A stretch of DNA of 64,000 bases from an uncultured Puniceicoccaceae bacterium (GCA_963933835.1 CAWVVV010000001.1:352001-416000); one strand, 5' to 3'. Numbered from the stretch's first letter, positions 19,337-29,539 are shown. Numbers and translations are program-made. Notes: generated by a model not told the origin, from the sequence alone.

Positions 19337-21883
19337 ATGAGATTGTTCCCACTTTACACCCTCGCCGCCTTCCTCTTCCTCTCGATCTCGTCGCTCAGCG
19401 CGAAGTTCGAGCACCGCCCAACGGCCGAAGAGCGTCAAAGCATGCAGCGCGAAACACGCATCGCGATAGAGTTTCTTCAGGACTACCACCTAAAGAAAAT
19501 GCCCTTCGCCGATGTCGACAGCGAAGAGCTACTAACGAACTACATGACGACGCTGGATGATCAGCGCCTCTTTTTCCTCCAGACCGACCACGCCGAAGTG
19601 GTTGATCGCTTCAAGACCACGCTCAAGCCATCCTATCTCTTCATCGGCGACCTCTACCCCGCCTTCCAGATATACAGCATCTATCAGGAGCAAGTTGAAG
19701 CTCGCCTCGACTGGATTTCAGAGCGCCTCAATGGCGAGTTTGATCTCAATCGCGAAGATGAGATCGTCCTCGATCGATCTGAGCTGCTATGGCCCGCAGA
19801 CAAGGCTGAAGCCGATGCCCTATGGGAGAAACGCATCAGCTTCGATATCATCGCTGAAATCCTCGAAGGCGAAACGCTCCAGCAAGCCAAAGAGAAGATC
19901 GGCAAACGCTACGAGCGTCGCCGGAAGTTTCTCCAAGAGTTCGAGATTCATAACATTCAGGAGACTTTTCTCAGCACCCTCACGACGCTCTACGATCCCC
20001 ACACTAAGTTTTTCTCGTGGGACAGTGCGCGTGAATTTGACATCGCGATTTCTAATTCACTCATCGGCATCGGTGCGCAACTGCGCGACGTCGAAGGCTA
20101 CTGCGTGGTCGAGCGAGTGCTGCCTGGCGGCCCAGCCGAGCTGAGTGGACGTATCCACCCCGGCGACAAAATTGTGGCGGTCGCTCAAGGAGCAAAAGGA
20201 GAGCCCGTTGACGTCGTCGGCATGAAGCTGCGCCGTGTCGTTCACATGATCCGTGGCGAGCCCAGCACAACGGTGAAGCTCACGATCCAAGCTCCCGATG
20301 GCCAAATCCGTAAGATTGTCAGCATGAAGCGCGATCGCATCGAGCTCGCATCCAATCTTGCGAAAGCCGAGCTGATCGAGCTTCCGCATGGCGATAAAAC
20401 CGTCATGGTCGGTAAGATCGAGCTCCCCTCCTTTTACGGCGAAGGCGATTTTGAAGACGGCGGAACAAGCACCAGTGCCGACGTTAAAGAGCTTATCGAG
20501 AAGCTCAGAGAATTCGACATTCAGGGGCTCATCCTCGACCTCCGACGTAACGGTGGTGGCCGCCTCGACGAGGCCGTTCGCCTCACGGGACTCTTTATCG
20601 AAACCGGGCCTGTCGTGATGAAGCGCAGCTTCGATGGCAAGGTGAGCGAAGACTGGGACGAAAACGCAGACATCACTTACGATGGTCCACTCGTCGTCTT
20701 GACCTCACGGATGAGCGCTTCCGCCAGCGAAATCATGGCGGGCGCACTCAAGAGCTACAACCGTGCGATTGTGATCGGCGACGAGTCGACTTACGGGAAA
20801 GGCACCGTTCAGACCCTCCTCCCGATTGCTCGGAAGAGCAGCAGCCCATTCTGGACGACACCGCCGAAGTGGGGCCAGTTGAAGCTCACGATCCAACAAT
20901 TTTACCTGCCCGATGGCGTCTCCACGCAAGAGCTTGGAGTGCCTTCCGATATCGTTTTTCCGAGCCTCACCGAGTCGCTCATCGAAACCGAAGGGGAGCA
21001 ACCCTACGCTCTAGCTTGGGACGAGATCAGCACCATCGGCTTCGACGATGCGACGAAAGATTGGAGCACCCCGATCACAACCGTCACCCAAGAGACGATC
21101 GATCGCCTTCAAGAGCAGAGCCATCTGCGCCAAGCCACCCTCCCCGAGTTTGAATTCTTCGACCGCGAGCTGGAATGGCGACGCGACTTGATCGAGAAAG
21201 AAAGTTTCTCTCTCAACCTCGAGCAGCGCCGCACCGAAATCGAAGAACAGAAAGCCCAGCGGCGGGCCTTTGAAGATGAGCGCAAGCACCTGAGCAAGGA
21301 ACTCGCCTTCATTGCTCAGCCTGTGAAACTTGATTTAGCCTCAGCGCAAGACGAGGTGCATCAAGCCAAGCTCAGCGAAACACCTCTTCCAAACGGCGAA
21401 TCCCGTGCGAACCAATTTTATCAGAAGATCTTCTACTATCAAGCGGATGAAGCGAGTGACATTGAAGAAATCTGGGTCGAATACATCGACTACGAAGAGA
21501 TGGTAACACACTCCACTGTCCTGGCCGAATGCGTCGGATCAGTGACTGGAACGGATGTCACTTCAGAGGTGATGGAAAGTATTTTGACCACGCTCAAAAA
21601 CGCCGACCGCTACGGAAACTTCGATGTCAAAGGCCCCTTCAAAACTCACCTCGGCGAAACCCTCACCGATGAGAAGCTCGAAGCCATCCTTCCAAACTTT
21701 TTCGCGAAGATCGTTGAACTCGATGAGGACCTCCTCCGCAAGCGCCCCGTTCTCGACATCCATCTGCGCGAAAGCCTGCGAGTGATTGCGGACTGGATTG
21801 AGTTGGAAGAATCGAATTCAGACGAGCCTTCCATCGCTGCAGCCAAGACCGAGATGCCGACGGCGACGGCGGAGCAGCTCTAA
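19337..21883 (+). CDS. prc: Carboxy-terminal processing protease (tail-specific protease, S41, PDZ)
   Basis: Signal peptide from ATG 19337, YDPHT, GIGAQL PDZ, DLRRNGGG, SASASEIMAGAL, YGKGTVQ. Confidence 0.92.
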   Translation: MRLFPLYTLAAFLFLSISSLSAKFEHRPTAEERQSMQRETRIAIEFLQDYHLKKMPFADVDSEELLTNYMTTLDDQRLFFLQTDHAEVVDRFKTTLKPSYLFIGDLYPAFQIYSIYQEQVEARLDWISERLNGEFDLNREDEIVLDRSELLWPADKAEADALWEKRISFDIIAEILEGETLQQAKEKIGKRYERRRKFLQEFEIHNIQETFLSTLTTLYDPHTKFFSWDSAREFDIAISNSLIGIGAQLRDVEGYCVVERVLPGGPAELSGRIHPGDKIVAVAQGAKGEPVDVVGMKLRRVVHMIRGEPSTTVKLTIQAPDGQIRKIVSMKRDRIELASNLAKAELIELPHGDKTVMVGKIELPSFYGEGDFEDGGTSTSADVKELIEKLREFDIQGLILDLRRNGGGRLDEAVRLTGLFIETGPVVMKRSFDGKVSEDWDENADITYDGPLVVLTSRMSASASEIMAGALKSYNRAIVIGDESTYGKGTVQTLLPIARKSSSPFWTTPPKWGQLKLTIQQFYLPDGVSTQELGVPSDIVFPSLTESLIETEGEQPYALAWDEISTIGFDDATKDWSTPITTVTQETIDRLQEQSHLRQATLPEFEFFDRELEWRRDLIEKESFSLNLEQRRTEIEEQKAQRRAFEDERKHLSKELAFIAQPVKLDLASAQDEVHQAKLSETPLPNGESRANQFYQKIFYYQADEASDIEEIWVEYIDYEEMVTHSTVLAECVGSVTGTDVTSEVMESILTTLKNADRYGNFDVKGPFKTHLGETLTDEKLEAILPNFFAKIVELDEDLLRKRPVLDIHLRESLRVIADWIELEESNSDEPSIAAAKTEMPTATAEQL

Positions 21884-21931
21884 GCGACAGACTTTTTCGG
21901 AATATTCGCCACTTTCAACCCTCATTGGATC

Positions 21932-22390
21932 ATGCCTGACGCTTCAAAAAAGAGACTGTTCTGGATACGCATTGGTGTCCTCGCGATTATCAGCGCCGTT
22001 GCCTATTTTGCGAACGTTGAGATCCAAAGCTATCTCGGCGAAAAAACCCGCGGCGCCATCGGCCTTGAGCTTCGCAGCCTTGAAGACGCAACCGCCATCG
22101 CCGTGGCAGAAGGCAAACCCATCCTCGTCGAGCTCTCCGCCGTCTGGTGCCCCGCCTGTCGCAAGTTCGACAAAGCCGTGCTTTCCGACCCAAGCGTGCA
22201 AGCGCAGATCAACGCTGGTTTCGTCTTTGCTCACCTTGAATATGAGAGTGACGAAGGCGAAGCGTTCATGCAGCTCCACAACGTGAAAGGATTTCCCACG
22301 ACCTACATTTTAAACACCGACGGCACACTCATCCGTCAGCTCAGGACGACGATGAACCCCGTCAAGTTCAGCGAGCAGCTGAGCTTGTAA
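21932..22390 (+). CDS. Membrane-anchored thioredoxin-like protein
   Basis: N-terminal TM, WCPAC, GFPT cis-Pro loop. Confidence 0.85.
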   Translation: MPDASKKRLFWIRIGVLAIISAVAYFANVEIQSYLGEKTRGAIGLELRSLEDATAIAVAEGKPILVELSAVWCPACRKFDKAVLSDPSVQAQINAGFVFAHLEYESDEGEAFMQLHNVKGFPTTYILNTDGTLIRQLRTTMNPVKFSEQLSL

Positions 22391-22417
22391 GAAGTCGTTC
22401 GATCTGGACCGAATTTT

Positions 22418-24154
22418 TTAAACGGTCAGCCAATAAGCAAAGTACGGATCGAGGGTGATCGCACCCTTCTTATCCGTCTTGATCGTATCGTGGCTAAGAA
22501 TGTCGCGGCACGCCTTGAGCCCTTCAAAGCTCTCGTCCAAAGCACTCAAAGCAACCGTCTGTCGCTTCTTCGAGAAGTTGAATAAGCAGACGATATGTTC
22601 GCCCCCGATCGGACTGATGCGGACGAAGCAGAAGAGTTCCGTGCCTACATCACGAATGACCTGCGACGCATCAGGACTGAAGGCAGAGTGATTACCCCGG
22701 CGCTCAAGCCAGAGGTGATAGCGGGCAAAAATCCGCGCTTGGCTGCCTGTATTTTCATCGAGCGCAGCCTTCAGTTCCGCTTCTTTCCACTGGCGACGGT
22801 TGAGTGTGCGAGCTCGCCCTGTCTCCTCGAATCCTTCGACCCAGTTTGTCCCTCCGATCAAATTTTGAATGTAGACCGCAGGCACCCCACGAAAGGCTAA
22901 GACGACCGCCTGCGAGCAAAAGAAGCGCGCCATCGAGAGGCCTTCATCATCAGGAATCTTAAGCGCATCGATGTAACTACAGTTGAGCTCATACGGCTGC
23001 TCCGAACCATCCGGCATCGATCGCATCGAGACTTGTCCGCCGCGCGCTTTGACTTCGTTAGCAATCCACATCAGTTCGTCCGTCGCTAAGATACCCTGCA
23101 GCGGACGCACGCCGATCCCATCATGCGACGAGGAGAAATTCAGGAACGTCTGCCCCGGAGGCAGCGCTGGCAAGGTGTCCGCCCACGCCGTGAGGTGCTG
23201 TGTATCTCCCCTCAGCAAGGCATGGAGCAAGAGCGGCGGGAGAGAAAAGTTATAGACCATGTGGGCTTCATCACCCTGCCCAAAGTAGGAAATATTCTCA
23301 TCGTGAGGCACATTCGTCTCCGTCAACAGAACGACATCCGGAGCGACAATTTCGAGAACGTCGCGGAACAGCTTCACCACCTCATGCGTCTCTGGCCGGT
23401 GCATGCAATCGGTGCCGATCTCTTTCCAGAGGAAGGCGATCGCATCGAGCCGGAGGATGCGGCAGCCTTTCTCGATATAGAGAAAGAGAATGTCGAGGAA
23501 CTCAAAGAGGACGTCGGGGTTACTCCAATTGAGGTCGACTTGATCCTCGCTGAAAGTCGTCCACACGTGGCTCTTACCGTAGCGTGAATTGAACTCTGTC
23601 AAGAGCGGCCAAGGGCGTGGACGGACCACCTTGGATAGGTCCGCTTCCGGATCTGTCGGGTGGAAATAGTAGCACCCTGGAGCAACGCCCATGACGTAGT
23701 CTCGGAACCACGCGCTCTCCTTTGAGCAGTGGTTCAAAACGAGATCAAACATCAGGTTAAAGTCTTCCCCGAGATTCACCACATCGACCCAGTCGCCCGA
23801 CGACGGCTCGACTTTCCGGTAGTCGATGACGGAGAAGCCATCATCAGAGGACCAGGGCGAGAACGGCAGCAAGTGAACAATCGAGATCGCACCGCGCAGG
23901 CGCTCATTACAGAAGTCATGCAGACATTGGAGCGGATTCCGGTTCCCCGTTTCGTCTGATATCGTGTCCGCGTAGGTGATAAGCAGAACGTCATTCGGCC
24001 CCCAAAAGCGGGTATGCGGGCTCACGTCGTCGCCCACCCCATAGCGCCCCAGAAGCATAAAGAAACGATCCATTAGCTCCGGCGCCTGTTCGCCATAGAG
24101 GGTGGTCAGACGCCGACGAAGGCCTTGGGCCTGCTGCTTTGTAATGAATTTCAT
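22418..24154 (-). CDS. GH13_18 sugar phosphorylase, probably glucosylglycerate phosphorylase
   Basis: DLVLNHCS, RLDAIAFLWK, TETNVP, SSHDGIG, and PYELN (Glu as in glucosylglycerate phosphorylases rather than the YQVN of sucrose phosphorylases); clustered with gpgS. Confidence 0.85.
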   Translation of the reverse strand: MKFITKQQAQGLRRRLTTLYGEQAPELMDRFFMLLGRYGVGDDVSPHTRFWGPNDVLLITYADTISDETGNRNPLQCLHDFCNERLRGAISIVHLLPFSPWSSDDGFSVIDYRKVEPSSGDWVDVVNLGEDFNLMFDLVLNHCSKESAWFRDYVMGVAPGCYYFHPTDPEADLSKVVRPRPWPLLTEFNSRYGKSHVWTTFSEDQVDLNWSNPDVLFEFLDILFLYIEKGCRILRLDAIAFLWKEIGTDCMHRPETHEVVKLFRDVLEIVAPDVVLLTETNVPHDENISYFGQGDEAHMVYNFSLPPLLLHALLRGDTQHLTAWADTLPALPPGQTFLNFSSSHDGIGVRPLQGILATDELMWIANEVKARGGQVSMRSMPDGSEQPYELNCSYIDALKIPDDEGLSMARFFCSQAVVLAFRGVPAVYIQNLIGGTNWVEGFEETGRARTLNRRQWKEAELKAALDENTGSQARIFARYHLWLERRGNHSAFSPDASQVIRDVGTELFCFVRISPIGGEHIVCLFNFSKKRQTVALSALDESFEGLKACRDILSHDTIKTDKKGAITLDPYFAYWLTV

Positions 24155-24185
24155 AGGACAATCGGTGGTGCGCGCTGAGTGGTGA

Positions 24186-25550
24186 CTAGGCCTTTTTCGC
24201 TTTCGCTGGTTTCGCCTTAGAATCCTTCTTTAGCGGTTTCGCGGTCTCGTCTGCTTCGATCGGGAACGGCGGTGCGCTCGGGCGCGATGGCGGTGCCCAG
24301 CCGGTGAGGCTGGTCAAGACGGTGCGCAAGCTACGGCGCAAGACACTGTAACTGTAGTAACGATTCGCTACCTCGAAATTGTGCTCCACGACCTCGCGAT
24401 GATACGCCTCATCTGAGAGCAGGCGCTTCACCTCATCCGTCACTTGGCGCGTGATAAAGCCATCGATCACAGCGAGCTTAAAGCCCTTCGGCTCAATGTC
24501 CTCAACAAAGATTGAGTAGCGATTGATCACGATAGGTTTTTTAAAGTAGATCGCCTCAAGGAGGGCATTACCAAAGCCCTCGTAGGTGCTTGGATAGGTT
24601 ACGAGATCGGCGTGTGGATAGAGATCCCAGAGGGTATAGAGCTTACGCCCTTTGCTGTCATATTGCCGCACTTCGCTCACCCGGTCGCCGATGAAAACGA
24701 GCTCGACCTCCTCCTCCCGCGCCAGCTCTTCGAGCATGTGTTTATACTCATAGCCCTCGTCCCCGGCCTCATGCGAGATGACGAGCTTGTAGCGCGGGTC
24801 GTTGAGCATGCTGACGAGTTTGATCGCGTGTTCGATGCCCTTGCGCGGCACGATGCGGGTGGGTTGAAGAATGAAAATATCATCTTTCGACAGACCGATC
24901 TCTTCGCGCACGTCGGCGGAATACTCATCGGGCACCGGAGGTTGCTTTTCGAATTCGAAAACATTCGGCGTCACGATGCTACCGACTCCCTTGCGCAGCG
25001 ATAGCTGCTGCTGTGCAGCCGCATTGATCACGGTATGGGCGATCGATGGCAGGCGGCACGGAAAAGCTAAGTCGAGGTGGTCTTGCACGGCCGAAATCGA
25101 GAAGCGGGTGCGCTCCCAGTAAAAGTCGTGGTGGTGCGCGATGGTCGGGATTCCGGTCTCGGCAATGAACTCGGTGATCGCGATTCCTAGAGGCACATGC
25201 ATCGGAATAGTGAGCGCGTTTTCCGGAATAAGCACATCGATGCCAAATTTCTGAACAAATTGATACAACGTCCCCTTCAGGTAATCCGCTAGTTCTCGGA
25301 TGCGGCGCGACACGAGCGGCGCCCGGCGGGTCTGTCCCCAGATCCGCTCATTGATCCACACCACCTCGGGGTGGCCAAAGTATGCCTCGGGCACACACAT
25401 GCTGATCTCTGGCTGCCGGTCGAGCAAACCACCATACCAGTGCGAGACATGGCGATCATCCCACAGGACCTCGGCCCACTTGGCACTTTCAAGCGAAACC
25501 CCGTCGGTCCCAGCAAAGCGCGTAGATACAAATCCAAATCGTTTTCCCAT
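24186..25550 (-). CDS. GT4 glycosyltransferase, mannosylglucosylglycerate synthase (MggS)-like
   Basis: TRFAGTDGVSLESAKW, IAHHHDFYWER, QPTRIVPRKGIE, YPSTYEGFGNALLEA; GT4 is secure, specificity inferred from context. Confidence 0.75.
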   Translation of the reverse strand: MGKRFGFVSTRFAGTDGVSLESAKWAEVLWDDRHVSHWYGGLLDRQPEISMCVPEAYFGHPEVVWINERIWGQTRRAPLVSRRIRELADYLKGTLYQFVQKFGIDVLIPENALTIPMHVPLGIAITEFIAETGIPTIAHHHDFYWERTRFSISAVQDHLDLAFPCRLPSIAHTVINAAAQQQLSLRKGVGSIVTPNVFEFEKQPPVPDEYSADVREEIGLSKDDIFILQPTRIVPRKGIEHAIKLVSMLNDPRYKLVISHEAGDEGYEYKHMLEELAREEEVELVFIGDRVSEVRQYDSKGRKLYTLWDLYPHADLVTYPSTYEGFGNALLEAIYFKKPIVINRYSIFVEDIEPKGFKLAVIDGFITRQVTDEVKRLLSDEAYHREVVEHNFEVANRYYSYSVLRRSLRTVLTSLTGWAPPSRPSAPPFPIEADETAKPLKKDSKAKPAKAKKA

Positions 25551-25853
25551 CTTATTTCTAAAGGGCACTGTCGACGAAGCAAAGCTCCGAGCTAAGGTCC
25601 GCCGAACACCTTAGAAACAAGCTATTTCGATACCAATGAGAAGCGAAAAGCGGTTATGCCTCCTCAAATTATTGGCATCGCTGGAATGAAATATATTCTT
25701 ACTTCCGGAAACTTAGCATTCATGCCACTCAAGAAGCGGAATGTCTCTACCGAGCAGTGCCCTGAAGAAAACGTTCTTACAATCCGGCAAGAGACCTGCA
25801 TATTGAACGACGTCATCGGCCCGTTCACTCCGACTCACCGATTCACAGAATTC

Positions 25854-27032
25854 ATGACCTCCGAATCCACACTAACTGATGTCTTGAGCAAGGTGGAGGG
25901 CTACATCCAGCCTCTACAAAAGCTCAGAGAGATCGTCTTGGCCAACACCGTGATGTGCGCTGAGATCGCAGCGCCTACTTTTTCCGAAGAAAAACTCGGC
26001 AGCTTTCTCTGCGACCGCTTCACCGAGAGCGAGCTCCTGAACATCTCTACCGATGAAATGGGAAATGCCACTGCCGTCATCCCCGGATCCCTCGGCAAGG
26101 ACGCAAAGAACATCCTCGTCGCAGCCCACGTCGATAACATCTGGCCCTCCAGCGTCGACCACACCGCCTCGGTTGGGGCGAGTTCAATCAGTGGCGCCGG
26201 CGTGGCCGACAACAGCCTTGGAGCCGCCACAATCGCGAGCTTACCGTTCATATTGCAACGCCTTGGCATCGAGCCGCAGCACAACATTGTCCTCCTCGGC
26301 GCCACCCAAAGCATGGGCCGAGGCAACCTCGCTGGCCTCAGATTTTTCGTCGAAAACGCTACCATGCCGATCGACTCCGCCCTTTGCATCGAAGGGATCG
26401 AACTTGGTCGCCTCAGTTATACCTGCCTTGGGATGAGCCGTTGTGAGATCAGCCTCGAAGCCCCTGAAGTGAAGGATTGGGAAACCCGCGGGCACATTAC
26501 ATCGATCGGAGCACTTTCACGCATCGTTCAGAAAATCCTCGCGATCCCCCTTCCATCCGAGCCGAGGACCTCGATCATTCTCGGGTCCCTCAATGCCGGC
26601 AGCGGCTTCAATGTCCCACCGACCAACGCCTACCTTCGCTTCGAGATCCGGAGTGAGGTCCCAGGTATGGTGACGGATGTTCGCGAGCAAATCGAAGAAA
26701 TCATCAAAGAGGCCAACGCCGAACAACGCTTTCAGGCCAATCTAGAAATACTCGCTCACCGTCGTCCAGGCAGTGTCGGGTTCAGCCACCCTCTCGTCAA
26801 AGCCACCCGCGCGATCATGGAAAACCTCGGCCTCAAGCCGAAGATTGCGCCTAGCACGAGCGAACTTTCCGTCCTCCTCGAAAACAACATCCCTAGTCTC
26901 ACGCTCGGCGTGACCAAAGGTCACCACAAACACAACGTCGACGAATCGATCGAAATCGAGCCCATCTTCACCGGACTCGCTCAGATCGTAGGCGTTCTCC
27001 AATACATCGACGGGAGCCTCAATCATGAGTAA
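25854..27032 (+). CDS. M20/M25/M40 metallopeptidase-fold protein with dimerisation domain, atypical active site
   Basis: IAAPTFSEE, DEMGNA, AAHVD, GVADNSLG, AGSGFNVPP, FEIRS; the EE motif position reads QS; start at ATG 25854. Confidence 0.8.
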   Translation: MTSESTLTDVLSKVEGYIQPLQKLREIVLANTVMCAEIAAPTFSEEKLGSFLCDRFTESELLNISTDEMGNATAVIPGSLGKDAKNILVAAHVDNIWPSSVDHTASVGASSISGAGVADNSLGAATIASLPFILQRLGIEPQHNIVLLGATQSMGRGNLAGLRFFVENATMPIDSALCIEGIELGRLSYTCLGMSRCEISLEAPEVKDWETRGHITSIGALSRIVQKILAIPLPSEPRTSIILGSLNAGSGFNVPPTNAYLRFEIRSEVPGMVTDVREQIEEIIKEANAEQRFQANLEILAHRRPGSVGFSHPLVKATRAIMENLGLKPKIAPSTSELSVLLENNIPSLTLGVTKGHHKHNVDESIEIEPIFTGLAQIVGVLQYIDGSLNHE

Positions 27033-28011
27033 AATAACCGCTTGGCTCGAAAAGAACACCTACCACCACGGGGAGTTCTGGGACATCAAAGAGCTCGTCC
27101 GCGCGAAAGAGGAAAAGGGCCTTAAAATCAGCCTCTGTATCCCTACGCTCAACGAAGAGAAAACGATCGGCAAAGAGATCGTCATCTTCAAGAGCGAGCT
27201 CATGGATCGCTACCCCCTCATCGACGAATTTGCCGTCGTCGACTCCGGTTCGACCGACAAGACGCAGGAAGTCGCTGCTGCCTATGGAGCTGACGTCTAC
27301 TTCTCAGGAGACATCCTCCCGAAGGAAGGCTTTAAGCGCGGGAAAGGCGAAAACCTCTGGAAAGCCATTTACCAGCTCAAAGGCGACATCATCGTCTACG
27401 TCGACGCCGATATTAAGAACATCCACCCGCGCTTCGTCACCGGCCTCGTCGGCCCGCTCATCGAGCGTGATGAAGTCCAATACGTCAAAGCCTTCTACGA
27501 CCGTCCCCTCGCCTTCAGTCAGGGCATTCGCCCCTCCGGTGGTGGCCGCGTCACCGAAATCCTAGTACGGCCGCTCTTCTCTCTTTTCTTTCCTGAGCTC
27601 ACCGCCCTTATCCAGCCACTCTCAGGCGAATACGCCGTGCGTCGTGAGACCCTCGAGAAGGTTCCCTTCCCGATCGGCTACGGGGTAGAGACATCGCACA
27701 TCCTCGATGTCTACTCAGAGTATGGGCTCGATGCCTTTGCCCAGACTGACCTCGACCAGCGCGTCCACCGCAATCAAACGACGCTCGACCTCGGCAAGAT
27801 GTCCTTCGGCATCCTCCAGAGCTTCCTCAACCGCATCGAGAGCTTCGGCATGATCGAAAAGCTTCCCGAGCTCAGTAATATCTTCCGCCAGTTCCAAGCC
27901 GAAGGAAACCGCTACGACCAAGTCCTCAAAGAAATCATCGAAGAAGAACGCCCACCGATGATCAGCCTCAAGGAGTACTGTAAGAAATTCGACCGGAAAC
28001 ATGTTAAATGA
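27025..28011 (+). CDS. gpgS: Glucosyl-3-phosphoglycerate synthase
   Basis: CIPTLNEE, DSGSTD, GKGENLWK, YVDAD, VKAFYDRP, GGGRVTE, QPLSGEYA, GYGVE, RVHRNQ. Confidence 0.93.
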   Translation: MSKITAWLEKNTYHHGEFWDIKELVRAKEEKGLKISLCIPTLNEEKTIGKEIVIFKSELMDRYPLIDEFAVVDSGSTDKTQEVAAAYGADVYFSGDILPKEGFKRGKGENLWKAIYQLKGDIIVYVDADIKNIHPRFVTGLVGPLIERDEVQYVKAFYDRPLAFSQGIRPSGGGRVTEILVRPLFSLFFPELTALIQPLSGEYAVRRETLEKVPFPIGYGVETSHILDVYSEYGLDAFAQTDLDQRVHRNQTTLDLGKMSFGILQSFLNRIESFGMIEKLPELSNIFRQFQAEGNRYDQVLKEIIEEERPPMISLKEYCKKFDRKHVK

Positions 28012-28090
28012 TGAATCTTGAATAATGAATAGAAAACCGCCGCAGCCAGCCGCAGCACATTCATAATTCATCATTCACCATTCAAAATTC
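28007..28090. repeat. Inverted pair of heptamer tracts (AATGATG-type left, ATTCATC-type right)
   Basis: 28007-28030 aatgatg aatcttg aataatg aat; 28059-28090 attcata attcatc attcacc attcaaa attc. Confidence 0.85.
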
Positions 28091-28102
28091 TAGAGCTCTC
28101 TC

Positions 28103-29539
28103 GTGAAAGTCGCCATCGTTCACTCTCATTTTCGCCGGGGCGGTGTCACCCGTGTGGTTGAGAACGCGGTCGCGGCAATGAAGCGAAAGGACGTCGAATG
28201 CCTCGCTCTCTCAGGCGAAACCTACACTGGCAACGACCTCCCCGAGCACCGCTTGATCGAAGGCCTCGGCTACGAAAACACCTATACTCCGGGCGCAGGC
28301 AATGCCCTCGCCCAGCGCCTCATCGAAACCGCGCCGGAAGCCCTCGGCGGTCCTCCCGACCTCTGGCACATCCACAACCACAGCCTCGGGAAGAACCTCA
28401 ACTTCCCTGAAGCCCTCCGCACCCTCGCTCAAAACGGAGCACGCCTTCTTCTTCAGATTCATGACTTCGCAGAGGACGGCCGCCCAACGAACTACGATCG
28501 CCTCTCCACCGCGTATCCAGATCCTACGACGTTTTCCCGATCGCTCTACCCCGCAGGTGCGCAGATTCACTATGCTGCGCTCAACCAGCGCGATGCGAGC
28601 ATTCTGAGTGAAACCGGCATCAAGGGAGAGCAGCTTCACATCCTGCCCAACAGCGTTGCCGTCCCCCAGCTCGGCGAGGCCGAGACCGACATCCTCCCTG
28701 AGGTCGAGGAACTCATCCTCTACCCCACCCGTGCCATACGTCGGAAGAATGTAGGAGAAATGCTCCTACACGCAGCCCTCGCCCCCGATGGGACTCACTT
28801 TGCGACCTCCCTCCTTCCTGATAACCCTGAGTGGCTCGAAATCCACCGCGGCTGGGAAGCCCTCACCGCGGAGCTCAAACTCCCCGCGCACTTTGGCCTC
28901 GGCAGCGACTATAGCTTCCCCGCCCTCATTCAGCGCGCTGACGCCCTTATCACAACGAGCGTCGCGGAAGGCTTCGGCCTCGCATTTCTAGAGCCTGCCC
29001 TCTTCGACAAACCGCTCGTTGGACGCAATCTACCCGAAATCACGACCGACTTCCGCGCCTGGGGGATCGGGTTAGAGAATCTCTACACCGAGCTCTCCAT
29101 CCCTGCCGAAGCGATCGACGAAGCGAAACTAAAGGCAAAGCTCAAGGCTGCCCTCCAGAGCAACGCCGATGCCTACAACCGCCCACTCCCCGCGAACGCA
29201 ACTGAACGCGCCCTTGACGCCGCGCGTTCTAACGACGGCTGGGACTTCGGCCGCCTCGACGAAGAGCTTCAATCCGACGCTATCCGCTACGCCGTCAAAC
29301 ACCCCGAAGCCTTCGAGCACGCCGCCAGCACGATCACACACCGGCCAAGCGCAAACGAGATCGCAGCCGACCGCAGAGCGATCGAGACCCACCTCAACCT
29401 CGACCACTACGGCGAGCAGCTCTACAAGATTTATCAAAGCATCCTAGCTAGCCCCATCGAGACGCCCACCGCCCTCGACGCCGAAGCCATCCTTACCGCC
29501 TTCCTCTCCCCCGAGCGCCTCTACCTCCTGCGGAGCTAG
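28103..29539 (+). CDS. GT-B glycosyltransferase, mannosylglucosyl-3-phosphoglycerate synthase (MggA)-like
   Basis: IVHSHFRRGGVTRVV, HIHNHSLGKN, QIHDFAEDGRP, YPTRAIRRKNVGE, TSVAEGFGLAFLEP; directly downstream of gpgS. Confidence 0.7.
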   Translation: MKVAIVHSHFRRGGVTRVVENAVAAMKRKDVECLALSGETYTGNDLPEHRLIEGLGYENTYTPGAGNALAQRLIETAPEALGGPPDLWHIHNHSLGKNLNFPEALRTLAQNGARLLLQIHDFAEDGRPTNYDRLSTAYPDPTTFSRSLYPAGAQIHYAALNQRDASILSETGIKGEQLHILPNSVAVPQLGEAETDILPEVEELILYPTRAIRRKNVGEMLLHAALAPDGTHFATSLLPDNPEWLEIHRGWEALTAELKLPAHFGLGSDYSFPALIQRADALITTSVAEGFGLAFLEPALFDKPLVGRNLPEITTDFRAWGIGLENLYTELSIPAEAIDEAKLKAKLKAALQSNADAYNRPLPANATERALDAARSNDGWDFGRLDEELQSDAIRYAVKHPEAFEHAASTITHRPSANEIAADRRAIETHLNLDHYGEQLYKIYQSILASPIETPTALDAEAILTAFLSPERLYLLRS

